From positions 1 through 47,498 of IMG/VR virus record IMGVR_UViG_3300022561_000016: a stretch of 47,498 nucleotides of DNA. One strand, given 5' to 3'. A program made the translations under genes and the position numbers. The notes under the pieces were generated by a model. That model had not been told where the DNA came from and ran no database searches. It saw nothing but the letters and a program-made list of their open reading frames with translations. Source of the DNA: a virus. Below, one piece after another: positions 31,889-39,811 of the stretch. Numbering within the stretch: position 1 is the first letter of the stretch; every line of letters starts with the position of its first letter.

Positions 31889-32328
31889 GAGTCGAGCAGC
31901 TTGGTCAGCGCGGCCCGGAACGGTGCGCGGTTCGATGCGGCGGCTTGGGTCATCGCGCCGTCGCCGGATCGCCGCTGCGTCCCATCGGGGCCGGTTTCGC
32001 CGCCATACTCATTGATCAGGCCATAGACCGCCCCGACCGCCACAATCGCGGAGTACGGATTCGGGCGCGCGACTTCGGGTAGCATCTGCGTGCCAGGATT
32101 GGCGGCCTGTACTGCCGCCGCTGCTTGCGGATAGGTGCTGCTGTTCGCGGTCACGACGTAGGCGCTGTTGACCTGTGCGCCGGTGTCGCGCCGCGCATTC
32201 AGCTGGTAATCGCGCTGCACATCGAACGCAGTTTTGCGGACAATCTGGCCGGCGCGCTGCCGCATCCGCCCGCGTAGCTCGTCAAAGCGGTTGAACTCGA
32301 TTCTGATCTTGACCTTGATACTGCCCAT
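31885..32328 (-). CDS. HK97 gp10-like neck protein
   Basis: FDELRGRMRQRAGQIVRKTAFDVQRDYQLNARRDTG resembles the gp10 family N-terminus. Confidence 0.6.
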   Translation of the reverse strand: MGSIKVKIRIEFNRFDELRGRMRQRAGQIVRKTAFDVQRDYQLNARRDTGAQVNSAYVVTANSSTYPQAAAAVQAANPGTQMLPEVARPNPYSAIVAVGAVYGLINEYGGETGPDGTQRRSGDGAMTQAAASNRAPFRAALTKLLDS

Positions 32329-32673
32329 TTAGCCTATCTCCACAGCCTGCACTTGCCGAATCAGCGCGGCATTGAGCGGATCGACAATCCCCTCGACCTG
32401 GAAGGTGCGACCCGCGATCACGATGCGGTCGGAGCTGCGCACGTCAGTCGCGTTCGGCATGTTGATGCGCCATGGGATGATCGTGCGCAGCTCGCCCGCG
32501 ACGATCACTTCTTGCGCCCCGCTGGCCGTCGCGCGGCACGGCACGTTCGTGGTGATCGTTTGCCAGTTGTCGTCGCCCGGATTGCGGGCAATCGTCGCCA
32601 TCTGCGTCCAGCTTTGCGCGAGCGATGCTAGCATGTCGGCGCGGTCGGCGGGCGAAAGAAAACCAAACATCAC
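32329..32673 (-). CDS. Head-tail adaptor / head closure protein (by position)
   Basis: 114 aa in the connector block. Confidence 0.5.
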   Translation of the reverse strand: MMFGFLSPADRADMLASLAQSWTQMATIARNPGDDNWQTITTNVPCRATASGAQEVIVAGELRTIIPWRINMPNATDVRSSDRIVIAGRTFQVEGIVDPLNAALIRQVQAVEIG

Positions 32674-32677
32674 GATC

Positions 32678-33124
32678 CTATTCCCGTCGCCGCGCGCGGT
32701 ACGGACTGCCTTGGTAGGCAGCGTCGTTCACGTCCGGCGGATAGGTCGGCGTCAGCGGCGCGGTGGTGGTGATCAGCCCGGCCACTCCGGCGCGGTTGCT
32801 GCGCGTGTTGCGCTCGACGCGCTCCAGCTCGCTTTGCACGTCGGCCCGCATGCTCAACAACGTTTTTGCCTTGTCACTCTGGCTGCGACTGTGATCGTTC
32901 GCGATGTTGTACGTTACTTGACCGCGAACGATCCCCAGCACAGCATCAATCGCACGCCGCTTGGTGTACAACTCCTGAAGCCGCGCCGAGATCTGCGCCT
33001 TATCGGTGTAGCTGGCCCACATCAGCGCGATATTCGCAGCCAGCACGCCGGTCGGCCACGCGACGGTGATCTCGTCGCCGACCTCCAGGATGATCAGCGC
33101 TTGGATGTCGGCGCTACTACTCAT
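32678..33124 (-). CDS. Head-tail connector protein (by position)
   Basis: 148 aa downstream of the capsid module. Confidence 0.45.
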   Translation of the reverse strand: MSSSADIQALIILEVGDEITVAWPTGVLAANIALMWASYTDKAQISARLQELYTKRRAIDAVLGIVRGQVTYNIANDHSRSQSDKAKTLLSMRADVQSELERVERNTRSNRAGVAGLITTTAPLTPTYPPDVNDAAYQGSPYRARRRE

Positions 33125-33396
33125 GGCGCGACCGGCGCATCTGCGACCGGCGCATCTGCGACCGGCGCATCTGCGACCGGCGCATCTGCGACCGGCGCGA
33201 CCTCCACCGGCGCGGCGGTTTCGACAATCGCGCCCAAGTCCAGCAGCCGCTGGACATTGACGCCGTTCAGGTCGGCGCTCGTGATCACGCTGCCCTGAAC
33301 ATGCGGGCCGACTGCGCCGTGTAGCACGGTGTAGAACGTCAGGATCGGCGGCGCGACGCTGGGCTTCGGTCGGGCTTCGAGTTTGTTGTCTGGCAT
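33121..33396 (-). CDS. Hypothetical protein with C-terminal (APVAD)n repeats
   Basis: ATG at 33396 after AAGGAG. 91 aa. The tail reads APVEVAPVADAPVADAPVADAPVADAPVAP. Confidence 0.55.
   Translation of the reverse strand: MPDNKLEARPKPSVAPPILTFYTVLHGAVGPHVQGSVITSADLNGVNVQRLLDLGAIVETAAPVEVAPVADAPVADAPVADAPVADAPVAP
33126..33205. repeat. 15-bp tandem repeat ACCGGCGCATCTGCG x4 plus degenerate flanks
   Basis: Perfect copies at 33131-33190, in frame (5 aa per unit). Confidence 0.9.
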
Positions 33397-33415
33397 CGGA
33401 TTGATCTCCTTATGG

Positions 33416-33443
33416 CATTCTGCGGGTCTAGACCCGCAGAATG
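33416..33443 (-). terminator. Perfect 28-bp palindrome / hairpin with the capsid gene stop codon in its loop
   Basis: CATTCTGCGGGTCTAGACCCGCAGAATG, with a 12-13 bp stem. It is followed directly by the SD of the next gene. Confidence 0.45.
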
Positions 33444-34456
33444 CAGATTGCAGCGGCGAAGAGCAGGGCTGGGCCTCCATTGTGCGTATCGAACACGGCA
33501 ATACTTGGTGCGTTGCCTTCGGCCTCCGCGCCGGTGTGGTTCGAGATGTACATATACGGCCCCGGCGCGAGCGTCGGGTTATTGGCGTTGCGGGTCATCA
33601 TGTACTTGGCGACTGGCTGACCGGCCGGCCGCTTGCCCGTGACCAACACGGTCGCGTCAGGGATGAACGGCGTGAAGAGGCCGGTTCCATCGGCCAGATA
33701 CCCCTCGTCGTAGATTCGGATCGTTGGCAGATCGTCGCCGCTGATGATGGTGTTAATCTGATCAAGGTTATTCGCGGTGCCCAGGCCCGCCGTGCGCCGC
33801 CCGTACAGGTCGGTGCTATTGCCGTTGGTGCGCAGACTGTTGTAGGTCTTGCGGTTCATCCATGCGGTCGCTTGCGCGCCGAGATTGACGCTATGCCCGC
33901 GCGCCAGCAGCTGCACGCCCGACAGGTCGGCCAGCGGCGTGGCGGTCGCGCTGGTGGCCCAGGGCACTAGCGCGGTGTACTGCTGGATCGTGTACGCGCC
34001 CTGGTGCGCCAGCGCGCCGTTCTTCGTCGTGACAAAGAATTGGCCGGTGCAGAGCAACGTCCAGCCGATCCACTCGATCCGGTCAAGCCGACGCTGGAGC
34101 AGCTTATCCTGTTTCTCGGCGATCAGATCCTGCACATTCACCGGGCTGGCGAACGTGCCGCGCTGCCGTCGCTCGGTCAGCTGAATCTCATCGATCATCT
34201 CGCCCTCGCCGTAGTAGCCGGGGCGCTCGATGTAGGACTTGGAGCCGGTCTGCTGGATGAGCGGCAATGCGCCGTTGATACCGCGCAGGTTCTGGAGGCC
34301 GGTGTAATTGTCCTGTTGTTCCCACATGATCACCGATGCGTCGGTGTCTTCCATCGGCATCAGCTCGAAGATCGGGCGATTCGATTCGAGACGCGGCAGC
34401 TTATCCTGCGCGATCTCGTTCAGTTCGGCGTTGGTCTGGTAGGTGAAAGTTGCCAT
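33428..34456 (-). CDS. Major capsid protein (lambda gpE-like family)
   Basis: 342 aa. The layout and motifs (N-terminus ...ELNEIAQDK, MIDEIQLTERRQRG, LLQRRLDRIEWIGWTLL) resemble Phage_cap_E. It follows a decoration gene. Confidence 0.8.
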   Translation of the reverse strand: MATFTYQTNAELNEIAQDKLPRLESNRPIFELMPMEDTDASVIMWEQQDNYTGLQNLRGINGALPLIQQTGSKSYIERPGYYGEGEMIDEIQLTERRQRGTFASPVNVQDLIAEKQDKLLQRRLDRIEWIGWTLLCTGQFFVTTKNGALAHQGAYTIQQYTALVPWATSATATPLADLSGVQLLARGHSVNLGAQATAWMNRKTYNSLRTNGNSTDLYGRRTAGLGTANNLDQINTIISGDDLPTIRIYDEGYLADGTGLFTPFIPDATVLVTGKRPAGQPVAKYMMTRNANNPTLAPGPYMYISNHTGAEAEGNAPSIAVFDTHNGGPALLFAAAICILRV

Positions 34457-34468
34457 GAAATTCTCCTA

Positions 34469-34523
34469 ATTTTGGATTTCGGACGTTAGATTTTGGATTG
34501 GAGGACATCCAAAATCCAAAATC
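34469..34523. repeat. AT-rich nested inverted repeats (ATTTTGGAT x2 / ATCCAAAAT x2) upstream of the capsid gene
   Basis: GATTTTGGAT (34489-34498) pairs with ATCCAAAATC (34507-34516). A second arm pair sits outside the first. Confidence 0.7.
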
Positions 34524-34540
34524 AGCAATCAAGCATGAAC

Positions 34541-35281
34541 CTAGCCCAGCCGCACGACGCCCGCCGCGAGCGTGCCGCTGACCAGTCGCCATTTCGCTGC
34601 GGTCAGCGCGTTGGCGTCCAGCCCGACCAGCAGGGCCGTGTCGAAGGTGCCCGCAAAATAGTACGGCGCGTCCTTGCGCACCTCGCCCCACTGATTGACT
34701 GCCGTAAGCGTTCCGAGATACACGTTGCCGGTCGCATCTACGAACATGTCATATTGTGCGATGCCATACGGCACTTGCGAGCCGTCGGAGTTACCGCTGG
34801 CGTAGGGTTTCAGCACGCCGGTCGCCGCGCCGCTGGTCGTGCGTGTCACGGTCGCGGTGCCGCCGGTCAAGAGCGCGGTGTTGGGAGTTAGTAGGCTCTG
34901 GCCTTTGCCCGCGTAGGCGGTGCCCGAAAACGTGATCACATACGGGCCGGTGCCGGTCACGCCCGCGCCCGCTGCGCCCAGCACGCCCGCTGCGTTCAGC
35001 GCCGCCGCAATGGTCGCGGCGACATCACCGAAGTTGAGACTGGCGGTGGTTTTTGCCACACCCGAAATCGGGTCGGTATAGGTCAGCGTATACGTGCCGC
35101 CGGTCGCGGTGATCGCAAGCGACTGGACTTCGTTCACGGCTGCCGTGACCGGCCCCAGCAGCGTGCCCTTTGGGAGCGTGCTGTTGGGCACGAAGTTTGA
35201 CACGAGCGTGACGGCCCCATCGAAATCATAGAGCGGATCGAGCCGGTTCGCGGCGTAGATATTCTGTGCGCTGATTGGCAT
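34541..35281 (-). CDS. Head decoration protein (gpD-like ends) with inserted ~95-aa module
   Basis: The position is between scaffold and capsid. The N- and C-terminal segments are decoration-like. The insert spans aa 51-149 (nt 34835-35131). Confidence 0.6.
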   Translation of the reverse strand: MPISAQNIYAANRLDPLYDFDGAVTLVSNFVPNSTLPKGTLLGPVTAAVNEVQSLAITATGGTYTLTYTDPISGVAKTTASLNFGDVAATIAAALNAAGVLGAAGAGVTGTGPYVITFSGTAYAGKGQSLLTPNTALLTGGTATVTRTTSGAATGVLKPYASGNSDGSQVPYGIAQYDMFVDATGNVYLGTLTAVNQWGEVRKDAPYYFAGTFDTALLVGLDANALTAAKWRLVSGTLAAGVVRLG

Positions 35282-35334
35282 TGTGGATTCTCCTTAAAGC
35301 CTGACACGATAACACGATGACATGGATAGCGCGT

Positions 35335-36561
35335 CTAGTTGCCGTTTTTGAGCACATCGCGGCCCAGACCGGTCAGGCCCAGCAGTTCGGCGCGACGCTC
35401 CTTGCTCATCGGCTGCGCGGCGTCCGTCGCGCGACCGGGCTGCGCGGTCTGGTTGGCGAACACGGCAGCACTTTGCTCCGTTTTGATAAGCTCCTGAGTC
35501 AGCGTGTGCGCCGGTCGCGCGCTAAACATGGCCGTCAACTGCGCCACGCGGCTGCTGGTGTGGCCGTCGGCGAACGTGACCACGCCATGCGCGCCGTCGT
35601 CCTGCGCGGCCTGGGCAAACGCGGCGATGATGCTTTCGCGCTCGGCAGGTAGCGCCTTGTGCGCCGCGATCTGGTCGTCGGCGAAGTGCGTTGCGTCGGA
35701 CGTGATGCGGTCGGCGGTCGCCTTCACCAGCGCGGCCTTCAGGCGTGTCACCTCGGCGGACTCGCCGATCTGTGGCTCGCCCTGGAGCGCAAACGCCGCT
35801 GGGGTGAGTTCTGCGGCGGGCTTCGCTGCGCCGTTGAACAGCCAGTTGAGAAAGCCTTGTCGTTCCTGATCCATTGAAGACTCCTTATGCATAGTCGCCG
35901 CGCCAGCGCACACCGCGCCAGCTTTCACAATCGCCTCATGTGCGGCATCGAGGCTCTTTTGATCGAAAACGTTATTGCGCTTGCCAATGAACAGCGCAAG
36001 CTCGTCACTAAATGCTAGTTGTCCCATCGCGTTGCACGTTGCGCCGTGCTGGAGCGTGGTGTCGTGGATGGCTTGCAATCCGCTGGACTCGTGCCGACTG
36101 ATCATGGCGGCGGGGTCGTTACAGATTGCTCCGTGGCGCGCGGCCATATCATGCATGCTCTGATGAACGTCGTGCCCGTCCAGCGTGTCGTGGCGCGACG
36201 ATGAGAACGCGGCCATCATTGCGGCCTCAGACACGCGCGGGTTTTTTGCCAGCGCTAATCCAATGATCTGTTTCTGCGGCCCACGGCTCCAGGTCGTAGA
36301 AACGGGGATCGGCTGCTCAGGGAACAGGTCGTGCAGCCACTGCGGGACGCGGATGGCACCATGCAGCGTATCGCCGCGCAGCTCGACTTCGCTTAGTTCC
36401 CCCAGCTTGCCATCAAACACGCTGCCCTTGTGCTCGCTGTCAATCGGCACGGGCGCGAATGCGGCGATTGCATGCGTGGCTTCATCCGCGTTCAACGAAA
36501 ACGCTTTATCGGGGTAGCTGCCGATCTTGAAAATCGGCCCGCGTCGAGTGATCAGATCCAT
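35335..36561 (-). CDS. Mu gpI-like prohead protease / scaffold protein
   Basis: VPIDSEHKGSVFDGKLGELSEVELRGDTLHGAIRVPQWL matches the Mu-like I-protein pattern. It has a long helical C-terminus. Start taken at the ATG at 36561. Confidence 0.6.
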   Translation of the reverse strand: MDLITRRGPIFKIGSYPDKAFSLNADEATHAIAAFAPVPIDSEHKGSVFDGKLGELSEVELRGDTLHGAIRVPQWLHDLFPEQPIPVSTTWSRGPQKQIIGLALAKNPRVSEAAMMAAFSSSRHDTLDGHDVHQSMHDMAARHGAICNDPAAMISRHESSGLQAIHDTTLQHGATCNAMGQLAFSDELALFIGKRNNVFDQKSLDAAHEAIVKAGAVCAGAATMHKESSMDQERQGFLNWLFNGAAKPAAELTPAAFALQGEPQIGESAEVTRLKAALVKATADRITSDATHFADDQIAAHKALPAERESIIAAFAQAAQDDGAHGVVTFADGHTSSRVAQLTAMFSARPAHTLTQELIKTEQSAAVFANQTAQPGRATDAAQPMSKERRAELLGLTGLGRDVLKNGN

Positions 36562-37403
36562 GCCTCTGCTCCAATCGTGATACCGGGCGGGTCTGCTACG
36601 GTGAAATCGGCGATACTCAGACTCATAGCAACGCCCAGCTCCGCCCACGTTTTCGTTACCGGGATCGGCGCGCAGCGTCCGCCGACATGTTCGTCAAACG
36701 GCGCGGAAAGCGGGTAGCGCGTGCCGTTCTTGACAGCGCACACATCGCACGCCTTGTCGTCCGCGCTCCATTCCCATTGTTCAACCACGTCGCTATTCGC
36801 CCGGTAGTTTTCCAGCGCCGCAGACCGATATGCCGATAGCACCTCCGTCCGAGCGATAGTCAGCGCCCGCGTCCTTCCGCCGTCGAGCGCGTCCGCGAAC
36901 GTGCGGGCGATCTGCCGTGGGCCTGCGCCCGCCGCGATCCCGCGGATCAGCGCCTGCTTGACCGTCGCGGCGACCTCGGGGCCGAGTTTGGCGAGCAGGT
37001 TCTCCAGTGGCGAGCCGTCGAACGTGCGGCCAATCAGCGCGCTAATCGCCGCCGCGCGCGGGCTGTTCAGCGTGACCGCCACGCCTGCCGGTGCGCCAAT
37101 GCTCGCCGTGATCAGGGCGTGCGCGTGCTGGGTCGCCAGCTGGGCCGCGTCCTGCTGGGCGGCGCTGATCTGGATACTGGCCGCGTGGGCGAAGGCGGCG
37201 ATCTGGGTATCGATCTGGCTGATCAGCGATAGGATCCGCGCCTGACTGGTTGGCTTGCCCGCACTGAGCACGTCGTCAACGCCCGATTGCAGACGGGCCA
37301 CAACCTCGGCGTAATCGGCTTCGAGCGCACGCTGAAGCGCGGCCTCGTGCTGGAGCATGGCCGCGTCATGAAGCGGGAGTAGGTTGTTGGCAGATTCAGT
37401 CAT
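36552..37403 (-). CDS. Head morphogenesis protein (Mu F / SPP1 gp7 family)
   Basis: IARTEVLSAYRSAALENY...WEWSADDKACDVCAVKNGTRYPL. Confidence 0.8.
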   Translation of the reverse strand: MTESANNLLPLHDAAMLQHEAALQRALEADYAEVVARLQSGVDDVLSAGKPTSQARILSLISQIDTQIAAFAHAASIQISAAQQDAAQLATQHAHALITASIGAPAGVAVTLNSPRAAAISALIGRTFDGSPLENLLAKLGPEVAATVKQALIRGIAAGAGPRQIARTFADALDGGRTRALTIARTEVLSAYRSAALENYRANSDVVEQWEWSADDKACDVCAVKNGTRYPLSAPFDEHVGGRCAPIPVTKTWAELGVAMSLSIADFTVADPPGITIGAEAWI

Positions 37404-37409
37404 AGACGC

Positions 37410-37448
37410 AAAAACGGCGGTATCGATCCAAAAGGATCAATACCGCCG
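37410..37448 (-). terminator. Rho-independent terminator on the minus strand
   Basis: The minus strand reads CGGCGGTATTGATCC-TTTT-GGATCGATACCGCCG followed by TTTTT. Confidence 0.8.
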
Positions 37449-37493
37449 CTGCCTTTTCAGGGTTGGGCGAAACGCGAGGGACGAGTCAAGCCA

Positions 37494-37799
37494 TTAGGCG
37501 GCGGGGTCAACCTCCACCGGCTGCCAGTCCTCGATCAGCACCGCCAGCGCCTTGCGCCCTCGCGTGCCGTCGCGGTGCTGATCGGCGCGAGCGACAATGA
37601 TCGTATGCCCATCGCGCGGCCAGCGCTGCACGTCGCCGATCATCAGCGGGTGCGTGGACTGCCCCAGCAGCGTCTCAGCGATGTCGGCGTAGACCGCCGC
37701 ATCATCCGCGCCGCTCAGTGTCCCCTCGGCCTGCGTATGGCCGCGTGGCACGGCGTCGGCCTTGGTCGTTCGTCGTTCGTCGTTCGTCGGTTCGCTCAT
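37494..37799 (-). CDS. Hypothetical protein of a moron-like cassette between portal and F-like genes
   Basis: 101 aa with no recognised motif. A heptamer GTCGTTC x3 (37765-37785) lies at codons 5-11. Confidence 0.55.
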   Translation of the reverse strand: MSEPTNDERRTTKADAVPRGHTQAEGTLSGADDAAVYADIAETLLGQSTHPLMIGDVQRWPRDGHTIIVARADQHRDGTRGRKALAVLIEDWQPVEVDPAA

Positions 37800-37940
37800 C
37801 GTTCCCTCGTTTCGCGTCGGCGTTCAGACCGCGTTGGCTGGCTCTTTGGCAATTCGAGCAAGCATTCGAGCCGCTCGATCGCCGCCAAATGAATGCGATA
37901 CAGATCCAGCAGCGCCTGCCGATCTGCATAGGTTAGATCA

Positions 37941-37949
37941 ATTATACCA
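37941..37949 (-). promoter_or_regulatory. Extended -10 promoter candidate (TGGTATAAT on the minus strand)
   Basis: Plus-strand ATTATACCA at 37941-37949, just downstream of the portal stop. Confidence 0.4.
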
Positions 37950-37955
37950 CGCGCG

Positions 37956-39437
37956 TCAAGCGGGTGTGGGATCTGCGGTTGCTGCATTGCTATCCTGCTG
38001 CGCTTTCGTTGCAATTCCGGTCGGTGGCGTGGGCGTTTGCGGCATGCCGGGGTCGCGCACGGGCAGCCCCATGAACGTGTCAAGTTCCGGGTACTGACTC
38101 GGATCGAGATATGCGGCCTTGGTGAGTGCCGCAACGGCGTTGGCGGTCGCGCCGAAATCTTGCTGTTCCACGTTGCCCAGACCCACTTTCGGCGTCAACT
38201 CCAGCGCGGCCTGCTCGCCAAAGTTGAAGCGAATCATTTGACGGAGCACGTCGCGGGTGAGCATGCGGGTGACCGCGCGTCGTCCCTGCCGAACCAGCGT
38301 AGTCAGCGCGTCCTGATGCACCGACGCCTGCGCGCGGCTGGCGTGCTGGCCTTCGCCGGTCGCCAGTGTTTGCGTCAGAATCGCCTTACTGATCTGGCGG
38401 TCGTATCCGTCAAACGCCTGGAGAAACGCGCGCCCCTCGCCCTGACTTTGCACGACGGTAACGGCAGAACCGCCCGCGAACGCCAAGGCCGCGCCGTTGC
38501 GCCATGCCGACAACGTATCGACCATAAGCTGCTCAGGCCAGATCAGCGGGCCGGGGATCAGGTTGCCCGCGCCGTCGGTCGGCGGCATCGCCTGCGCGCC
38601 TTCCGGCGTAAAACCAATCAGACCCGGCGAGGCGAACTGCGCCAGATACTTCAGGTATTCGGGCCATGTTTGCATTTTGTTAAACCAGGCCGTATTAGCC
38701 GGGCGCAAGATTGACGAGCCGCGCGGGTCGTTGTCCTTCGGGCGAAACGTGAGGATCGCAAACTTGGAGCGCGGCAAGATGTTATCAAGCTGGCCGGGAT
38801 CGGCAATCGCGAGAATTGTGCCAGCCTGCACGGGCGCGCCAACGCCAGGGATGCGCGCGACCAATCCTAGGACGTTCAGATAGGTGTCCACGACAAACGC
38901 GGTTGCGCGCCGTGGCTTGATTTTGATGCTGACTAGCTTCAAATGCTGCTTGCCGGTGTGCGTGCGGTCGTCATCCCAATTCAATTCGGCGACCTTGTGC
39001 CCATACGCGACCGCATCCAGCATGCCCCAGAGCGTGTCGTCCATGCTCGGATCGATGTCGTCTAGCACGCGCTCGCAGTACTCCAGGAGCAGCTTCGATT
39101 GAGCGTAGCCGTCGGCGTCCTTGTCAGAGACGCGCGGCGCGAGCGTGACGCCTTCTTCGAGCACCGACGCCTTGTAAATCGTGACACTCGCGTTGACCAC
39201 GGCGTCAAAGAGCATGCGCTCGTAGTAGTCGTCGCCAAAGTCGGCGGTCAGGTCGTCGAAAGCCCACGGCAGCGACCGCGCATAGTTGCTGTACCACGCC
39301 AGGCCGCTCCCGGCGACGTATTGGCGACGCGGGTCGGCGGTGACAACGCCGCTGGTGCCGGGGATCGGCGCGATCTGGCCGTTGGGACTGCCGGGCGTGT
39401 CGCCGGTAGTCACGGGCAGGGCGAGAGTGTTGGTCAT
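37956..39437 (-). CDS. Portal protein (Mu gp29 / DUF935-like)
   Basis: 493 aa, lying between the terminase region and the F-like gene. The acidic C-terminus and overall layout are typical. Confidence 0.8.
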   Translation of the reverse strand: MTNTLALPVTTGDTPGSPNGQIAPIPGTSGVVTADPRRQYVAGSGLAWYSNYARSLPWAFDDLTADFGDDYYERMLFDAVVNASVTIYKASVLEEGVTLAPRVSDKDADGYAQSKLLLEYCERVLDDIDPSMDDTLWGMLDAVAYGHKVAELNWDDDRTHTGKQHLKLVSIKIKPRRATAFVVDTYLNVLGLVARIPGVGAPVQAGTILAIADPGQLDNILPRSKFAILTFRPKDNDPRGSSILRPANTAWFNKMQTWPEYLKYLAQFASPGLIGFTPEGAQAMPPTDGAGNLIPGPLIWPEQLMVDTLSAWRNGAALAFAGGSAVTVVQSQGEGRAFLQAFDGYDRQISKAILTQTLATGEGQHASRAQASVHQDALTTLVRQGRRAVTRMLTRDVLRQMIRFNFGEQAALELTPKVGLGNVEQQDFGATANAVAALTKAAYLDPSQYPELDTFMGLPVRDPGMPQTPTPPTGIATKAQQDSNAATADPTPA

Positions 39438-39811
39438 TGCGGCAATTCCTCAGTATGCACGGCGATAAACGCGCGGGCGCGCTGCTCAGGTGTCGCGCGA
39501 ATGAGTAAGAAGCGGCCCGTGTACGTCAACGTATCGACGCCCGTAATCCGCTCAAGTGCGGCCATGTATTCGGGGATCGATCCCCGCCGCTCGATGGCAT
39601 CCTCCAGCAGCTTCGCGTCGAAAAGGTTACTACTTGCCGAAAAGGCATGCAGGTTGGCGAAATCGTCGGTCGCGCACGCGCCCCACTGCCGCCCATCCGC
39701 GTCGTACCAGTAGGCGGGTGATTCGTATCCTGCGCCTGCGTTAATCGCCCGTCTTGCGCCCTTGTGCCAGCCGAGCAGCGCAGCGCAGCGCTCATCAAGC
39801 TCTTTGCTCAT
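39434..39811 (-). CDS. Phage ABA-sandwich-domain-like protein
   Basis: ELDERCAALLGWHKG...YWYDADGRQW...FSASSNLFDAKLLEDAIERRG resembles Phage_ABA_S. ATGA overlap with the terL stop. Confidence 0.5.
   Translation of the reverse strand: MSKELDERCAALLGWHKGARRAINAGAGYESPAYWYDADGRQWGACATDDFANLHAFSASSNLFDAKLLEDAIERRGSIPEYMAALERITGVDTLTYTGRFLLIRATPEQRARAFIAVHTEELPQ

Noticed and set aside
33131-33190. Regular 15-bp repeats, considered as a possible CRISPR array.
   Set aside because: The units are directly tandem with no spacers. They are in frame inside a coding sequence and only 15 bp long. No cas genes are present.
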